Part shown: piece by piece, positions 1-8,598 of the stretch | How the letters are laid out: the number at the start of each line of letters is the position of its first letter | Numbering within the stretch: position 1 is the first letter of the stretch | Source of the DNA: Alphaproteobacteria bacterium | GTDB taxonomy: Bacteria > Pseudomonadota > Alphaproteobacteria > UBA7887 | Reading direction: 5' to 3' | Assembly: GCA_965214495.1 (NCBI GenBank) | Contig: OZ243958.1 | Span: forward strand, 157,819-221,818 | Length of the DNA stretch: 64,000 bases | The notes under the pieces: generated by a model | Told to the model about the DNA's origin: nothing | Databases searched by the model: none | What the model saw: only the letters and a program-made list of their open reading frames with translations | Position numbers and translations under genes: made by a program

Positions 1-146
1 GGTGACGAGCCGATTTCCCAACTCGTTCATCTGCCGCGCCTCCAGGGCGTCGGCGCGTTCCGAAAGCGTCTGCGGCGCGGCCATCGTGCTTTCCTGACAG
101 GATAATTAGCAGTTTGCTATGTAGGAACGGCAGTAACTTTCGTCAA

Positions 147-415
147 CGTGCAACCAGGGCAATCGCTTTTGGTTCTTCGGGTCTGGTTTGCGGCGGCCCG
201 GATGAGATCGAGCATGAAGTTGTCGTTCCGTCCGGCGCGTTCGAGCTTTCCCCGCATGGCGTTCTTGCCGGGTTCGCAGCGGGCGATAATCGGGGCCGGC
301 CGGCTCATCGGCGCGAGGTTCTCCGGGCCGTAGCCCGCGCGGTTGCGCCGGCGATCCTCGTTCATGGCCGCGTCGAGAACCCGATGCAGCCTGTCAACCG
401 CCTGGGTGGCGCGCC
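147..415 (-). pseudogene. ISAs1-family (H-repeat type) transposase, C-terminal remnant
   Basis: Minus-strand translation ...HRVLDAAMNEDRRRNRAGYGPENLAPMSRPAPIIARCEPGKNAMRGKLERAGRNDNFMLDLIRAA matches the conserved C-terminal block of ISAs1 transposases. It aligns by eye at roughly 85% nt identity with 8330-8575. Only about 90 codons remain, and the native stop is mutated (CGA where the other copy has TGA). Confidence 0.7.
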
Positions 416-993
416 GCCTCCTTGCGCAGCTTGCGGTGCGCGATCTTGATGGCCTCCTGCGTCTTTCCGATCGCACACACAGCCCCGGCACCGTAATGCC
501 CGGGCGCAATCGAGTGGCCGCGGTCGGCGAGCACATGGTCGCCCTCGCGGATCGGGAATTGCGCGAACGATTCGCCGGCCCCCCGCCGTCATCGCCGGCG
601 CCCGTCGCCGTATGGCGCGTCGCCCGCGTTTCGCATGAGATCGAGTTCTCCGCGGCCCAGGGCCGGCGGGCGCGCGATATCGCTTCGCGAACGACGCTCG
701 GTGCGCGGGCGTCTCGCCCGCATCTTCGCTCCGCGCACCCGCCCGGCGCCCGCCGAAGCCAGAATGAGAATCGCTAGTAAAAAGAATAAAAAGAACGTTC
801 GATCCAGAATGCTCTCGACGATATACGGACCCGCCGGCGCCACGCTCGTTCTCGACGAGATCGCGCCGGCCGACGGGGGAAGAGGCTGGCGGACGGAACC
901 GGATCTTGAGCATGGTCCGAGCTGCCCCGGCCCCTCAACCCGGCGATGCGACCGCTTCCAACCTCCGATTCGTGGAAACATGTCGAGCTTGTA

Positions 994-1007
994 CCCCCCC
1001 CCCCCCC
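994..1007 (+). promoter_or_regulatory. Homopolymeric C14 tract 5' of the giant autotransporter gene (candidate phase-variation switch)
   Basis: Direct count gives 14 consecutive C, flanked by GTAC on both sides. The tract ends 48 nt upstream of the ATG at 1055. It also reads as PPPP within an upstream in-frame ATG at 980. Confidence 0.5.
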
Positions 1008-1054
1008 GTACGTCACAACCGCGCGTCTGCAGTAGTGTTCCCGCTTCCGGTCCG

Positions 1055-4000
1055 ATGAGCCGCGACCTTCGCGCCGCGCTGGGCGCGCTTGTCCTGGCGG
1101 CTTGCGCTGCAGCGGGCAGCGATCCGGCGGCGGCGCAGAACGCGCCCGTCGAAGTCTCGCTGGTCGACGATGTTTCCGTTACCGAGCATGTCGGCCTGGC
1201 TCCGGTGCCGGTGCGTTTGAGCAGGGCGCACACCGAGCGGGTGGACGTCCACTGGCAAGCGTCCCCGGGCACGGCGACTGGGGGGGCGCCACCGAATGAC
1301 GACTACCTCACCAGCAGCGGCATCCTTCCATTCTCGCCGGGCGAGACCGACAAGACGATCAGCGTGCACGTCAGACCAGACAACGAGGTCGAGGGCGACG
1401 AGTATTTCTGGGTCGAACTGGTCGCCGTTCAGGTCGGTGACGCGGTCCTCGGCGCTACGACCAGAGTCAAGGTCAACATCATCGACGACGAGCCCACGAC
1501 TCCCACCCGGCTGACGCTCTACGCGGACAACTCCGGCGGCCATGAACGGCCGTTCAACCCGAATGTCAGCGAGGGCGAGCAGACGATGGTCGTGACCGGA
1601 GAGCTGAATACGCCGGCGCCGCCGGGCGGGGCGACGGTAACGGTACGCGTCGTCGGTTCGGGGACCACCGCGACCGCATGCGCCACAACCTGCGGCCCGG
1701 GGGACACCGGCGACTACAAGTTGCAGAGCACGAGTTTCTTCATCCCCGAGGGAGAAACGATCGATCTCGAAGATTCCGGCATCATACTCGTCACGCTTCG
1801 GGACGACGACGATGTCGAAGGGTCGGAGACGATCCGCTTCACCGCGACCACTCTCATGAGCGTCGCCACGATCGATGATGTCACCGCGACGATCCTCGAC
1901 AATGACGGCGCTGCGCCGACCGGGATCGTCCTGACCACGACCCCCAGGCTCTACCCGGAGGACTCCACCGCCCAGGTGCAGGTGACCGCCGCGCTGGTCG
2001 GCGGCACGCGGTCGGAGGCGACCGTGGTGACGGTGAACGTCAGCGACGGGACGGCGAGCTCCACGGGCAGCGACAAGGACTACGGGCCGGTCGCCGATTT
2101 CGACATCACGATCCCGGCGAACGGCCGGGAGGGCTCCGCGGACTTCAACCCCGCGACCGTGGACGACGATGTGGACGACGACGGGACGATCCTGATCGAC
2201 GGCGCCACGACTGCCACCCTGGCGGACGGAGTCACGCCCATCCCGGTGACCGGCACGACGGTGACGATCACCGACGACGACGGCCCGCCGAAGGCGGCGC
2301 TGAGCCTGACCGCCGACGAGATTTCGGAAGCGGGCGGCTCGACCACGATCTCGGCGTCGCTGGACTCGGTGTCCACCGAGACGACGACGATCACCGTGCA
2401 ACCGGTCGAGGGGCTCTATACCGTGAGTGGCGGCGGCGTGCTGACCATCCCGGATGGCGTGCGCTACAGCACCGGGGCCGTGACCCTTACGGCGGTTGAC
2501 AACGAGGTGGTCGACCCCGGCGGCAGGACGGCGAGCGTGACGGCCACGGTGGTCAACAGCAGCTCCGGAGGGGTGACCGCCCCCGACGCCGTCTCGCTGC
2601 TGATCGCCGATGACGACACGGCCACGGTGGCGTTCTCGAGCGATGCTGTGGCGGTGACCGAGGACGGCGGGGCGCAGGCGATCACGGTGGAGCTGAGCAA
2701 GGCGGTGTCGACGGCGATCGAGATGCAGGTCTCGACCACTGACGGCACGGCGTCGTCGCCCGAGGATTATGGGGCGCTGACGAACCGGGTGGTGAGGTTC
2801 GAGGCGAGGGAGCAGACCAGGACGTTCGACGTGACGCCGGTGGCCGACACGCTGGACGAGGGTGTTGGCGAGACCTTCGCGGTAACGCTGACGCCGGTGG
2901 GGACGCTGCCGACCGGGGTGAGCTTGGGGACGGACGACGTGGCCACGGTCACCATCACGGACGACGACGCGGCGCCGACGGGCGTGTCCCTGGCGCTGGA
3001 CACCGACGCGGATGCGGCGGGCGACCAGGGCGGGGTTGCCGAAGACGGCACGGCGCAGACGGTGAGCGTGACGGCGTCGCTTGAGGGGGGCACGACGCGG
3101 ACCGAGGCGACGGCGGTGACGGTGACGGTGTCGGACGGCACGGCGGGTTCGGCGGACTACAGCGTGGGCGCGCTGCCGGTGCTGACCATCGCGGCGGGTG
3201 CGAGCGAGGCCACGGGGACGTTCGAGATCACGCCGGTTGAGGACACGCTGGACGAGGGCGCCGGTGAGACGGTGGCGGTGGGCGGCACCACGACGGTGGG
3301 TCTGGCGGTGTCTGCGGCCGCGCCGGTTCTGACCATCACGGACGACGACGATGCGCCGACGGGCGTGTCTTTGGCGCTGGACACGGACGCGGATACGGCG
3401 GGCGACCAGGGCGGGGTTGCCGAGGACGGCACGGCGCAGACGGTGAGCGTGACGGCGTCGCTTGAAGGGGGCACGACGCGGACCGAGGCGACGGCGGTGA
3501 CGGTGACGGTGTCGGACGGCACGGCGGGTTCGGCGGACTACAGCGTGGGCGCGCTGCCGGTGCTGACCATCGAGGCGGGTGCGAGCGAGGCCACGGGGAC
3601 GTTCGAGATTACGCCTGCGGCCGACACGCTGGACGAGGGCGCCGGTGAGACGGTGCTGGTGGGCGGCACCACGACGGTGGGTCTGGCGGTGTCTGCGGCC
3701 GCGCCGGTTCTGACCATCACGGACGACGACGCGGCGCCGACGGGCGTGTCTCTGGCGCTGGACACCGACGCGAATACGGCGGGCGACCAGGGCGGGGTTG
3801 CCGAAGACGGCACGACGCAGACGGTGAGCGTGACGGCGTCGCTTGAGGGGGGCACGACGCGGACCGAGGCGACGGCGGTGACGGTGACGGTGTCGGACGG
3901 CACGGCGGTTTCGGCGGACTACAGCGTGGGCGCGCTGCCGGTGCTGACCATCGAGGCGGGTGCGAGCGAGGCCACGGGGACGTTCGAGATTACGCCTGCG

Positions 4001-7000
4001 GCCGACACGCTGGACGAGGGCGCTGGTGAGACGGTGCTGGTGGGCGGCACCACGACGGTGGGTCTGGCGGTGTCTACGGCCGCGCCGGTGCTGACCATCA
4101 CGGACGACGACGCGGCGCCGACGGGCGTGTCCCTGGCGCTGGACACCGACGCGGATACGGCGGGCGACCAGGGCGGGGTTGCCGAAGACGGCACGGCGCA
4201 GACGGTGAGCGTGACGGCGTCGCTTGAGGGGGGCACGACGCGGACCGAGGCGACGGCGGTGACGGTGACGGTGTCGGACGGCACGGCGGTTTCGCCGGCG
4301 GACTATTCGGTCGGGCCTTTGCCGGTGATCGTCATCGCGGCGGGGGCGAACGAGGCCACGGGGACCTTCGAGATCGTGCCGGTTGAGGACACGCTGGACG
4401 AGGGGACGGGCGAGACGGTGACGGTGGGCGGCGCCACGACGATAGGTCTGGCGGTGTCGGCGGCCTTGCCGGTGCTGACCATCACCGACGACGACGGCCC
4501 GCCGACCGGTGTGGCGCTGAGTCTGGACGGGGATGCGCAGACGCCGGGCGAGCAGGCTACGGTGACCGAGGGCGGCGGGTTGCAGACGGTGACGGTGAAG
4601 GCGTCGCTGGAGGGCGGCACGACGCGGGCCGAAGCGACGGTGGTGACGGTAACGGTGGCCGCCGGCACGGCGACGGACACGACGGACTACGCGGCGACGG
4701 TGTCGGACCCGTTCGAGATCGAGATCGCTGCGGGTGAGGCGAGCGCGACAGGGACGTTCGAGATCGTGCCGGTTGACGATGCCATCGACGACGACGGCGA
4801 GACGCTGTCGGTGAGCGGGGCGACGACGGCGGGACTGACGGTGACGGGTGCGGTGCTGATGATCGTCGACGACGACCGCCCGCCGACGGGCGTGTCTCTG
4901 ACGCTGGACACCGACGCGGATATGGCGGGCGACCAGGGCGAGGTCGCCGAAGGCGGAGGGTCGCAGACGGTGAGCGTGACGGCGTCGCTGGACGGCGGGA
5001 CGACGCGCACCGAGGCGACGGTGGTGACGGTGACCGTGTCGGACGGCACCGCCGTCTCGCCGGCGGATTATTCGGTCGGAACCCTGCCGGTGATCGCCAT
5101 CGCGGCGGGAGCGGTCAGCGCGACGGGGACGTTCGAGATCGTGCCGGTTGACGACGCGCTGGACGAGGGCGCCGGGGAGACGGTGACGGTGGGCGGCACC
5201 ACGACGGTGGGTTTGGCGGTGTCCCCGGCCTCGCCGGTGCTGACCGTCGCCGACGACGACGCGGATCTGGTGCCGTCGTTCCGCGACGAGACCGTCCTTG
5301 CCCGGACCTGGACGGTGGGCACGGAGATCGACACGGTCGCGCTGCCCGAGGCGGAGGGCGGGAACGGCGCGCGGACCTACGACCTGATGCCCGACCTGCC
5401 CGCCGGCCTCGTGTTCGACGGGGCGGCGCGCACCGTCTCCGGCACGCCGACCGCGGCGTTCCCCAGGACGGAGTTCACCTGGACGGTCACCGACTCCGAC
5501 GATCGGGACCCCGACCGCGCATCGCTGACCTTCGACATCGCTGTTGTCCCCGACCTGGTGCCGTCGTTCGACCGGGAGGCCGTCAGCCATGAGTGGATAC
5601 AGAACACCGACATCGGGGAGGTGGAACTGCCCGAGGCGACGGGTGGAAACGGCCGTCTGACCTACACGCTCGCGGGCGCCGACGATCTCCCGGAGGGACT
5701 GCGCCATGACGCCGCCGCCCGCATCCTGAGCGGCACGCCTGCGGCGGCGGGCACGGTGACCCTCATGCTGACGGCGAGGGACGCCGACGGCGACGCCGCC
5801 GCGTTGAGCGTCGGCATCGCCGTCGTGGAGGACCTGATACCGAGCTTCGGCGACGCGGCGGTCGCCGCGCAATACTACATGGAGGGCCGGCCGATCGATG
5901 CTCTCGTGCTGCCGTCGGCCACAGGCGGCAATGGGGAACTGACCTACCGCCTCGCGCCGGCCCCGCCGGCCGGGCTGACGTTCGACGGCGCCGCGCGCAC
6001 GCTTGCCGGCACCCCGACCGCGGCGCTGGAGACGACGGCGTTCGCCTGGACGGCGACCGACCGGGACGGCGACCGGGCCGAACTCGCCTTCACCATCGAA
6101 GTGGCCGCCGCTGCCATGGCAACGCGGGAGCGGCTCGAAGAGGTGAACGCTGCGGTCCTGCCGGAGCTCGCGCGGGCGTTTGCGGCGAGCGCGGCGGAAG
6201 CGGTGGCGGACCGATTCGGCGCGACGGTGACCGGGATGGGGGAGGTGGAGACGGAAGCGCTCTCCTCGCTTGCCGGCCTCCTGAAGGCGAACGAAGGGGC
6301 GCTGCAAGACGGTGCGTTCTCCTGGCGCGAAGCGCTGGCGGGCGAGTCGTTCGCGCTGGGTCTCGCGGGCGGCGATGTCGCGGTCTGGGGCGCGGGGGAC
6401 TGGCGTCGCCTGTCGCTCGACGGCCCGGTGGATTGGAGAGGCGACATGTTCGCCGCTCATCTCGGTACCGACGTCGCTCTCGGCTCCCGGTTCCGGGCCG
6501 GTGCGGCGGTGTCCCGGTCGGAAGGGTCGATCGACTATACCGACCGGCGCGGCGCGGCGCCGGTCGAGGGCGTCCACGAGCACCGGATGACCGGCGTCCA
6601 CCCCTATGTCGGCGGGACGCTGTCGGACGGCTCGCGCCTGTGGGCGGTGGCGGGCTACGGTGCGGGCGAGATCGGGATCGACGACGGGGAGGCCGAGGCG
6701 CAGGCGGCGGGGCGTCAGTCGAGCGACGCGGCGCTGCTGACGGCGGCCGCCGGGGGCGGCACGCGGCTGGTGTCCGCCGGCGCGTTGTTGCTGGACCTGA
6801 AGGGCGAGGCGCAGGCGGCGCGTCTGAGGGTTGCGGACAATGGCGACCTGATCGCGGGGCTGAGTGTAAGGACGCACCGGCTGCGGCTGGCGCTGGAGGG
6901 TTCGCGCGCCTTCACGCTCTCCCCCGACACGAGTTTGACGCCGTCCCTGGAGTTCGGTGCGCGCTGGGACGGGGGCGACGGCGAGACCGGAGCGGGTGTG

Positions 7001-7486
7001 GAGGTCGGCGGCGGTCTCGGCTGGGCCGACCGGGGCTGGGGTCTGACAGCGGAGCTCGCGGGGCGGGTGCTGGCGGCGCACGGCGGCGGCGTCGAGGAAT
7101 GGGGCGCGTCGGGTTTCGTCCGGCTCGACCCTGGCACGGGCGGACGCGGCCTGTCGCTGAACCTGGCGCCGTCCTGGGGCGAGACCGCGAGCGGCGTGGC
7201 GCGGCTCTGGGAGGACGGCATGGCCCGTCCCCGTGTGGCGGACGACAACGCGCCGGTCGGACGCATCGAGGCGGAGCTGGGCTGGGGCGTGGCAGCCCTC
7301 GGCAGCGCGGGCGTCCTCACCCCGTATGGCGGGGCGGCGCTGGCCGACGACGGCGACCGCCGCTACCGCCTGGGCGGTCGGTTGAGCCTCGGCCGGGCAT
7401 CGCTGAGCCTCGAGAGCAACCGCTGGGAGCACGCCTCGGGCGCCCCCGAACACGGCGTCTTCCTGCGCGCCGCCCTGCGCTGGTGA
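1055..7486 (+). CDS. Giant autotransporter adhesin (about 11 Calx-beta-like modules, 3 cadherin-like/He_PIG-type repeats, C-terminal type Va beta-barrel)
   Basis: The frame is open from 635, but the signal peptide MSRDLRAALGALVLAACAAAGSDPAAAQ starts at ATG 1055. Repeated modules carry DY..(G)...GE...(V/I)TI(T/I)DDD signatures typical of Calx-beta. Three DL(V/I)PSF...GGNG..TY.L...P.GL.FD...R.L(S/A)GTP repeats follow. The C-terminal ~440 aa is Gly/Ala/Arg-rich with alternating beta-strand pattern and ends ...GVFLRAALRW, the aromatic terminus of autotransporter barrels. Confidence 0.85.
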   Translation: MSRDLRAALGALVLAACAAAGSDPAAAQNAPVEVSLVDDVSVTEHVGLAPVPVRLSRAHTERVDVHWQASPGTATGGAPPNDDYLTSSGILPFSPGETDKTISVHVRPDNEVEGDEYFWVELVAVQVGDAVLGATTRVKVNIIDDEPTTPTRLTLYADNSGGHERPFNPNVSEGEQTMVVTGELNTPAPPGGATVTVRVVGSGTTATACATTCGPGDTGDYKLQSTSFFIPEGETIDLEDSGIILVTLRDDDDVEGSETIRFTATTLMSVATIDDVTATILDNDGAAPTGIVLTTTPRLYPEDSTAQVQVTAALVGGTRSEATVVTVNVSDGTASSTGSDKDYGPVADFDITIPANGREGSADFNPATVDDDVDDDGTILIDGATTATLADGVTPIPVTGTTVTITDDDGPPKAALSLTADEISEAGGSTTISASLDSVSTETTTITVQPVEGLYTVSGGGVLTIPDGVRYSTGAVTLTAVDNEVVDPGGRTASVTATVVNSSSGGVTAPDAVSLLIADDDTATVAFSSDAVAVTEDGGAQAITVELSKAVSTAIEMQVSTTDGTASSPEDYGALTNRVVRFEAREQTRTFDVTPVADTLDEGVGETFAVTLTPVGTLPTGVSLGTDDVATVTITDDDAAPTGVSLALDTDADAAGDQGGVAEDGTAQTVSVTASLEGGTTRTEATAVTVTVSDGTAGSADYSVGALPVLTIAAGASEATGTFEITPVEDTLDEGAGETVAVGGTTTVGLAVSAAAPVLTITDDDDAPTGVSLALDTDADTAGDQGGVAEDGTAQTVSVTASLEGGTTRTEATAVTVTVSDGTAGSADYSVGALPVLTIEAGASEATGTFEITPAADTLDEGAGETVLVGGTTTVGLAVSAAAPVLTITDDDAAPTGVSLALDTDANTAGDQGGVAEDGTTQTVSVTASLEGGTTRTEATAVTVTVSDGTAVSADYSVGALPVLTIEAGASEATGTFEITPAADTLDEGAGETVLVGGTTTVGLAVSTAAPVLTITDDDAAPTGVSLALDTDADTAGDQGGVAEDGTAQTVSVTASLEGGTTRTEATAVTVTVSDGTAVSPADYSVGPLPVIVIAAGANEATGTFEIVPVEDTLDEGTGETVTVGGATTIGLAVSAALPVLTITDDDGPPTGVALSLDGDAQTPGEQATVTEGGGLQTVTVKASLEGGTTRAEATVVTVTVAAGTATDTTDYAATVSDPFEIEIAAGEASATGTFEIVPVDDAIDDDGETLSVSGATTAGLTVTGAVLMIVDDDRPPTGVSLTLDTDADMAGDQGEVAEGGGSQTVSVTASLDGGTTRTEATVVTVTVSDGTAVSPADYSVGTLPVIAIAAGAVSATGTFEIVPVDDALDEGAGETVTVGGTTTVGLAVSPASPVLTVADDDADLVPSFRDETVLARTWTVGTEIDTVALPEAEGGNGARTYDLMPDLPAGLVFDGAARTVSGTPTAAFPRTEFTWTVTDSDDRDPDRASLTFDIAVVPDLVPSFDREAVSHEWIQNTDIGEVELPEATGGNGRLTYTLAGADDLPEGLRHDAAARILSGTPAAAGTVTLMLTARDADGDAAALSVGIAVVEDLIPSFGDAAVAAQYYMEGRPIDALVLPSATGGNGELTYRLAPAPPAGLTFDGAARTLAGTPTAALETTAFAWTATDRDGDRAELAFTIEVAAAAMATRERLEEVNAAVLPELARAFAASAAEAVADRFGATVTGMGEVETEALSSLAGLLKANEGALQDGAFSWREALAGESFALGLAGGDVAVWGAGDWRRLSLDGPVDWRGDMFAAHLGTDVALGSRFRAGAAVSRSEGSIDYTDRRGAAPVEGVHEHRMTGVHPYVGGTLSDGSRLWAVAGYGAGEIGIDDGEAEAQAAGRQSSDAALLTAAAGGGTRLVSAGALLLDLKGEAQAARLRVADNGDLIAGLSVRTHRLRLALEGSRAFTLSPDTSLTPSLEFGARWDGGDGETGAGVEVGGGLGWADRGWGLTAELAGRVLAAHGGGVEEWGASGFVRLDPGTGGRGLSLNLAPSWGETASGVARLWEDGMARPRVADDNAPVGRIEAELGWGVAALGSAGVLTPYGGAALADDGDRRYRLGGRLSLGRASLSLESNRWEHASGAPEHGVFLRAALRW
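2969..5260 (+). repeat. Six tandem 381-384-bp (127-aa) coding repeats inside the autotransporter gene
   Basis: Each unit begins (A/P)PTGV(S/A)L(A/S/T)LD(T/G)DA...GDQ and ends ...PVLT(I/V)(T/A)DDD. The antisense shadow ORFs at 3157, 3538 and 3919 sit exactly 381 bp apart, are all 121 aa and are almost identical, so the central units are near-identical at nucleotide level. Confidence 0.9.
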
Positions 7487-7520
7487 ACGTCCGGCGGCAG
7501 GAACGGTGTAACGAGCCACC

Positions 7521-7920
7521 TTCGCCACGAACCCGACCGAACCCCAACAATCCGTAGGGGCAACCCTTGTGGTCGCCCTCCTTGTGGTCGCCCACCCTTG
7601 TTCCCCGCCTGTTCGGGGGTTCGGGCGCCCACAAGGGGCGCCCCTACAGGCGGGCCGGTGCCGCTTGGCCTCGCGGCGGCCCGGATACGCCGCCGTCCCG
7701 CCGTCGCCAGCACGAACCCGACCGCCCCCCAACAATCCGTAGGGGCAACCCTTGTGGTCGCCCTCCTTGTGGTCGCCCACCCTTGTTCCCCGCCTGTTCG
7801 GGCGTTCGGGCGCCCACAAGGGGCGCCCCTACAGGCGGGCCGGTGCCGCTTGGCCTCGCGGCGGCCCGGATACGCCGCCGTCCCGCCGTCGCCAGCACGA
7901 ACCCGACCGCCCCCAACAAT
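7521..7920. repeat. Tandem array (about 2.2 copies) of a ~185-bp palindromic REP/MITE-like element
   Basis: AACAATCCGTAGGGGCAACCC recurs at 7546 and 7731, and a truncated AACAAT at 7915, giving a period of 184-185. Each unit contains imperfect inverted arms GTAGGGGCAACCCTTGTGGTCGCC ... GGCGCCCACAAGGGGCGCCCCTAC. Confidence 0.85.
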
Positions 7921-7921
7921 T

Positions 7922-8549
7922 TTCAAGATGTTGCCGATTGGGCAGCTCTCGATCCTGAGCGGGGGCGAGGGCTGGGTGGACATGGCGCGGGGCGGCGATT
8001 ACGTGATGGCGCTCGAGGGCAACCGGAAGGCGTTGCATGAGGATGTGACGGTGTATCTCGACGATCCGGCGCAGGCGGACGAACTTCAGTCGTATCAGGA
8101 TGTTGACGCTTGTCATGGTCGCCTGGAGACGCGCCGCTCCAGCGTCGCGCACGATGTCGGGTGGCTACACGATCGCCACCGCTGGCTTGGTCTGGCGGCC
8201 ATCGGCAAGGTCGTCGCAACGCGCGAGAGGGGGCGGCGAGACGACGACCGGGACGCGCTACTACCTGATGAGCGCGGCGCCGACGCCGGAGCGTTTCCAC
8301 CGGGCGGTGTGCAGCCATTGGGCCATCGAGAACACACTGCATTGGGTTCTCGACATGACCATGAACGAGGACAGCCAGCGCAACCGCACCGGCCACGGCC
8401 CGGAGAACCTCGCGCCGATGCGCCGGCCGGCTCTGAATGTCGCCCGCCGCGAACCCGGCAAGAACGCCATGCGGGGCAAGCTCGAACGCGCTGGACGGGA
8501 CGACAACTTCACGCTCGATCTCATCCGGACCGCCGTAAACCAGGCCTGA
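7922..8549 (+). pseudogene. ISAs1-family transposase, N-terminally truncated and frameshifted
   Basis: Frame 1 reads FKMLPIGQLSILSGG..GGDYVMALEGNRKALHEDV...DACHGRLETRR...HRWLGLAAIGKVVATRER. Near 8228 the homology jumps to another frame: GETTTGTRYYLMSAAPTPERFHRAVCSHWAIENTLHWVLDMTMNEDSQRNRTGHGPENLA...KLERAGRDDNFTLDLIRTAVNQA*. About the first 180 codons of a full ISAs1 transposase are absent. Confidence 0.8.
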
Positions 8550-8598
8550 AAAACCAAAGCGATGGCCCCGACGCGCAACGGAGAAAGGACGCTCCGCC

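Noticed and set aside
1-83. Partial minus-strand ORF starting at ATG 83 (MAAPQTLSERADALEARQMNELGNRLVT…) and running off the window
   Set aside because: Only 27 codons are visible. A weak AGGAAA RBS is present, but I recognise no family (the SlyX-like coiled-coil resemblance is too loose). It is not reported as a feature.
394-590. IS4-type DDE transposase fragment (…ESFAQFPIREGDHVLADRGHSIAPGHYG…)
   Set aside because: The call rests on a single short DRG-type motif in a about 64-codon open stretch bounded by stops. This is too little for a feature call, so it is noted only as possible IS debris in the composite-module finding.
635-1054. N-terminal 140-aa extension of the autotransporter ORF from ATG 635
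   Set aside because: The extension is Arg/Pro-rich with no signal peptide and spans an AT-rich probable promoter region (about 760-830). A canonical signal peptide begins at ATG 1055. Only the short alternative start at 980 is retained as a possibility, because it places the C14 tract in frame.
1013-7819. 2268-aa ORF on the minus strand, nearly as long as the autotransporter gene
   Set aside because: It is an antisense shadow of the plus-strand CDS in GC-rich DNA. The translation is extreme Arg/Gly/Pro-rich low complexity with no recognisable domain, whereas the plus strand has clear signal peptide, Calx-beta and barrel signatures. The many 120-aa minus ORFs at 2767-5334 are the same artefact.
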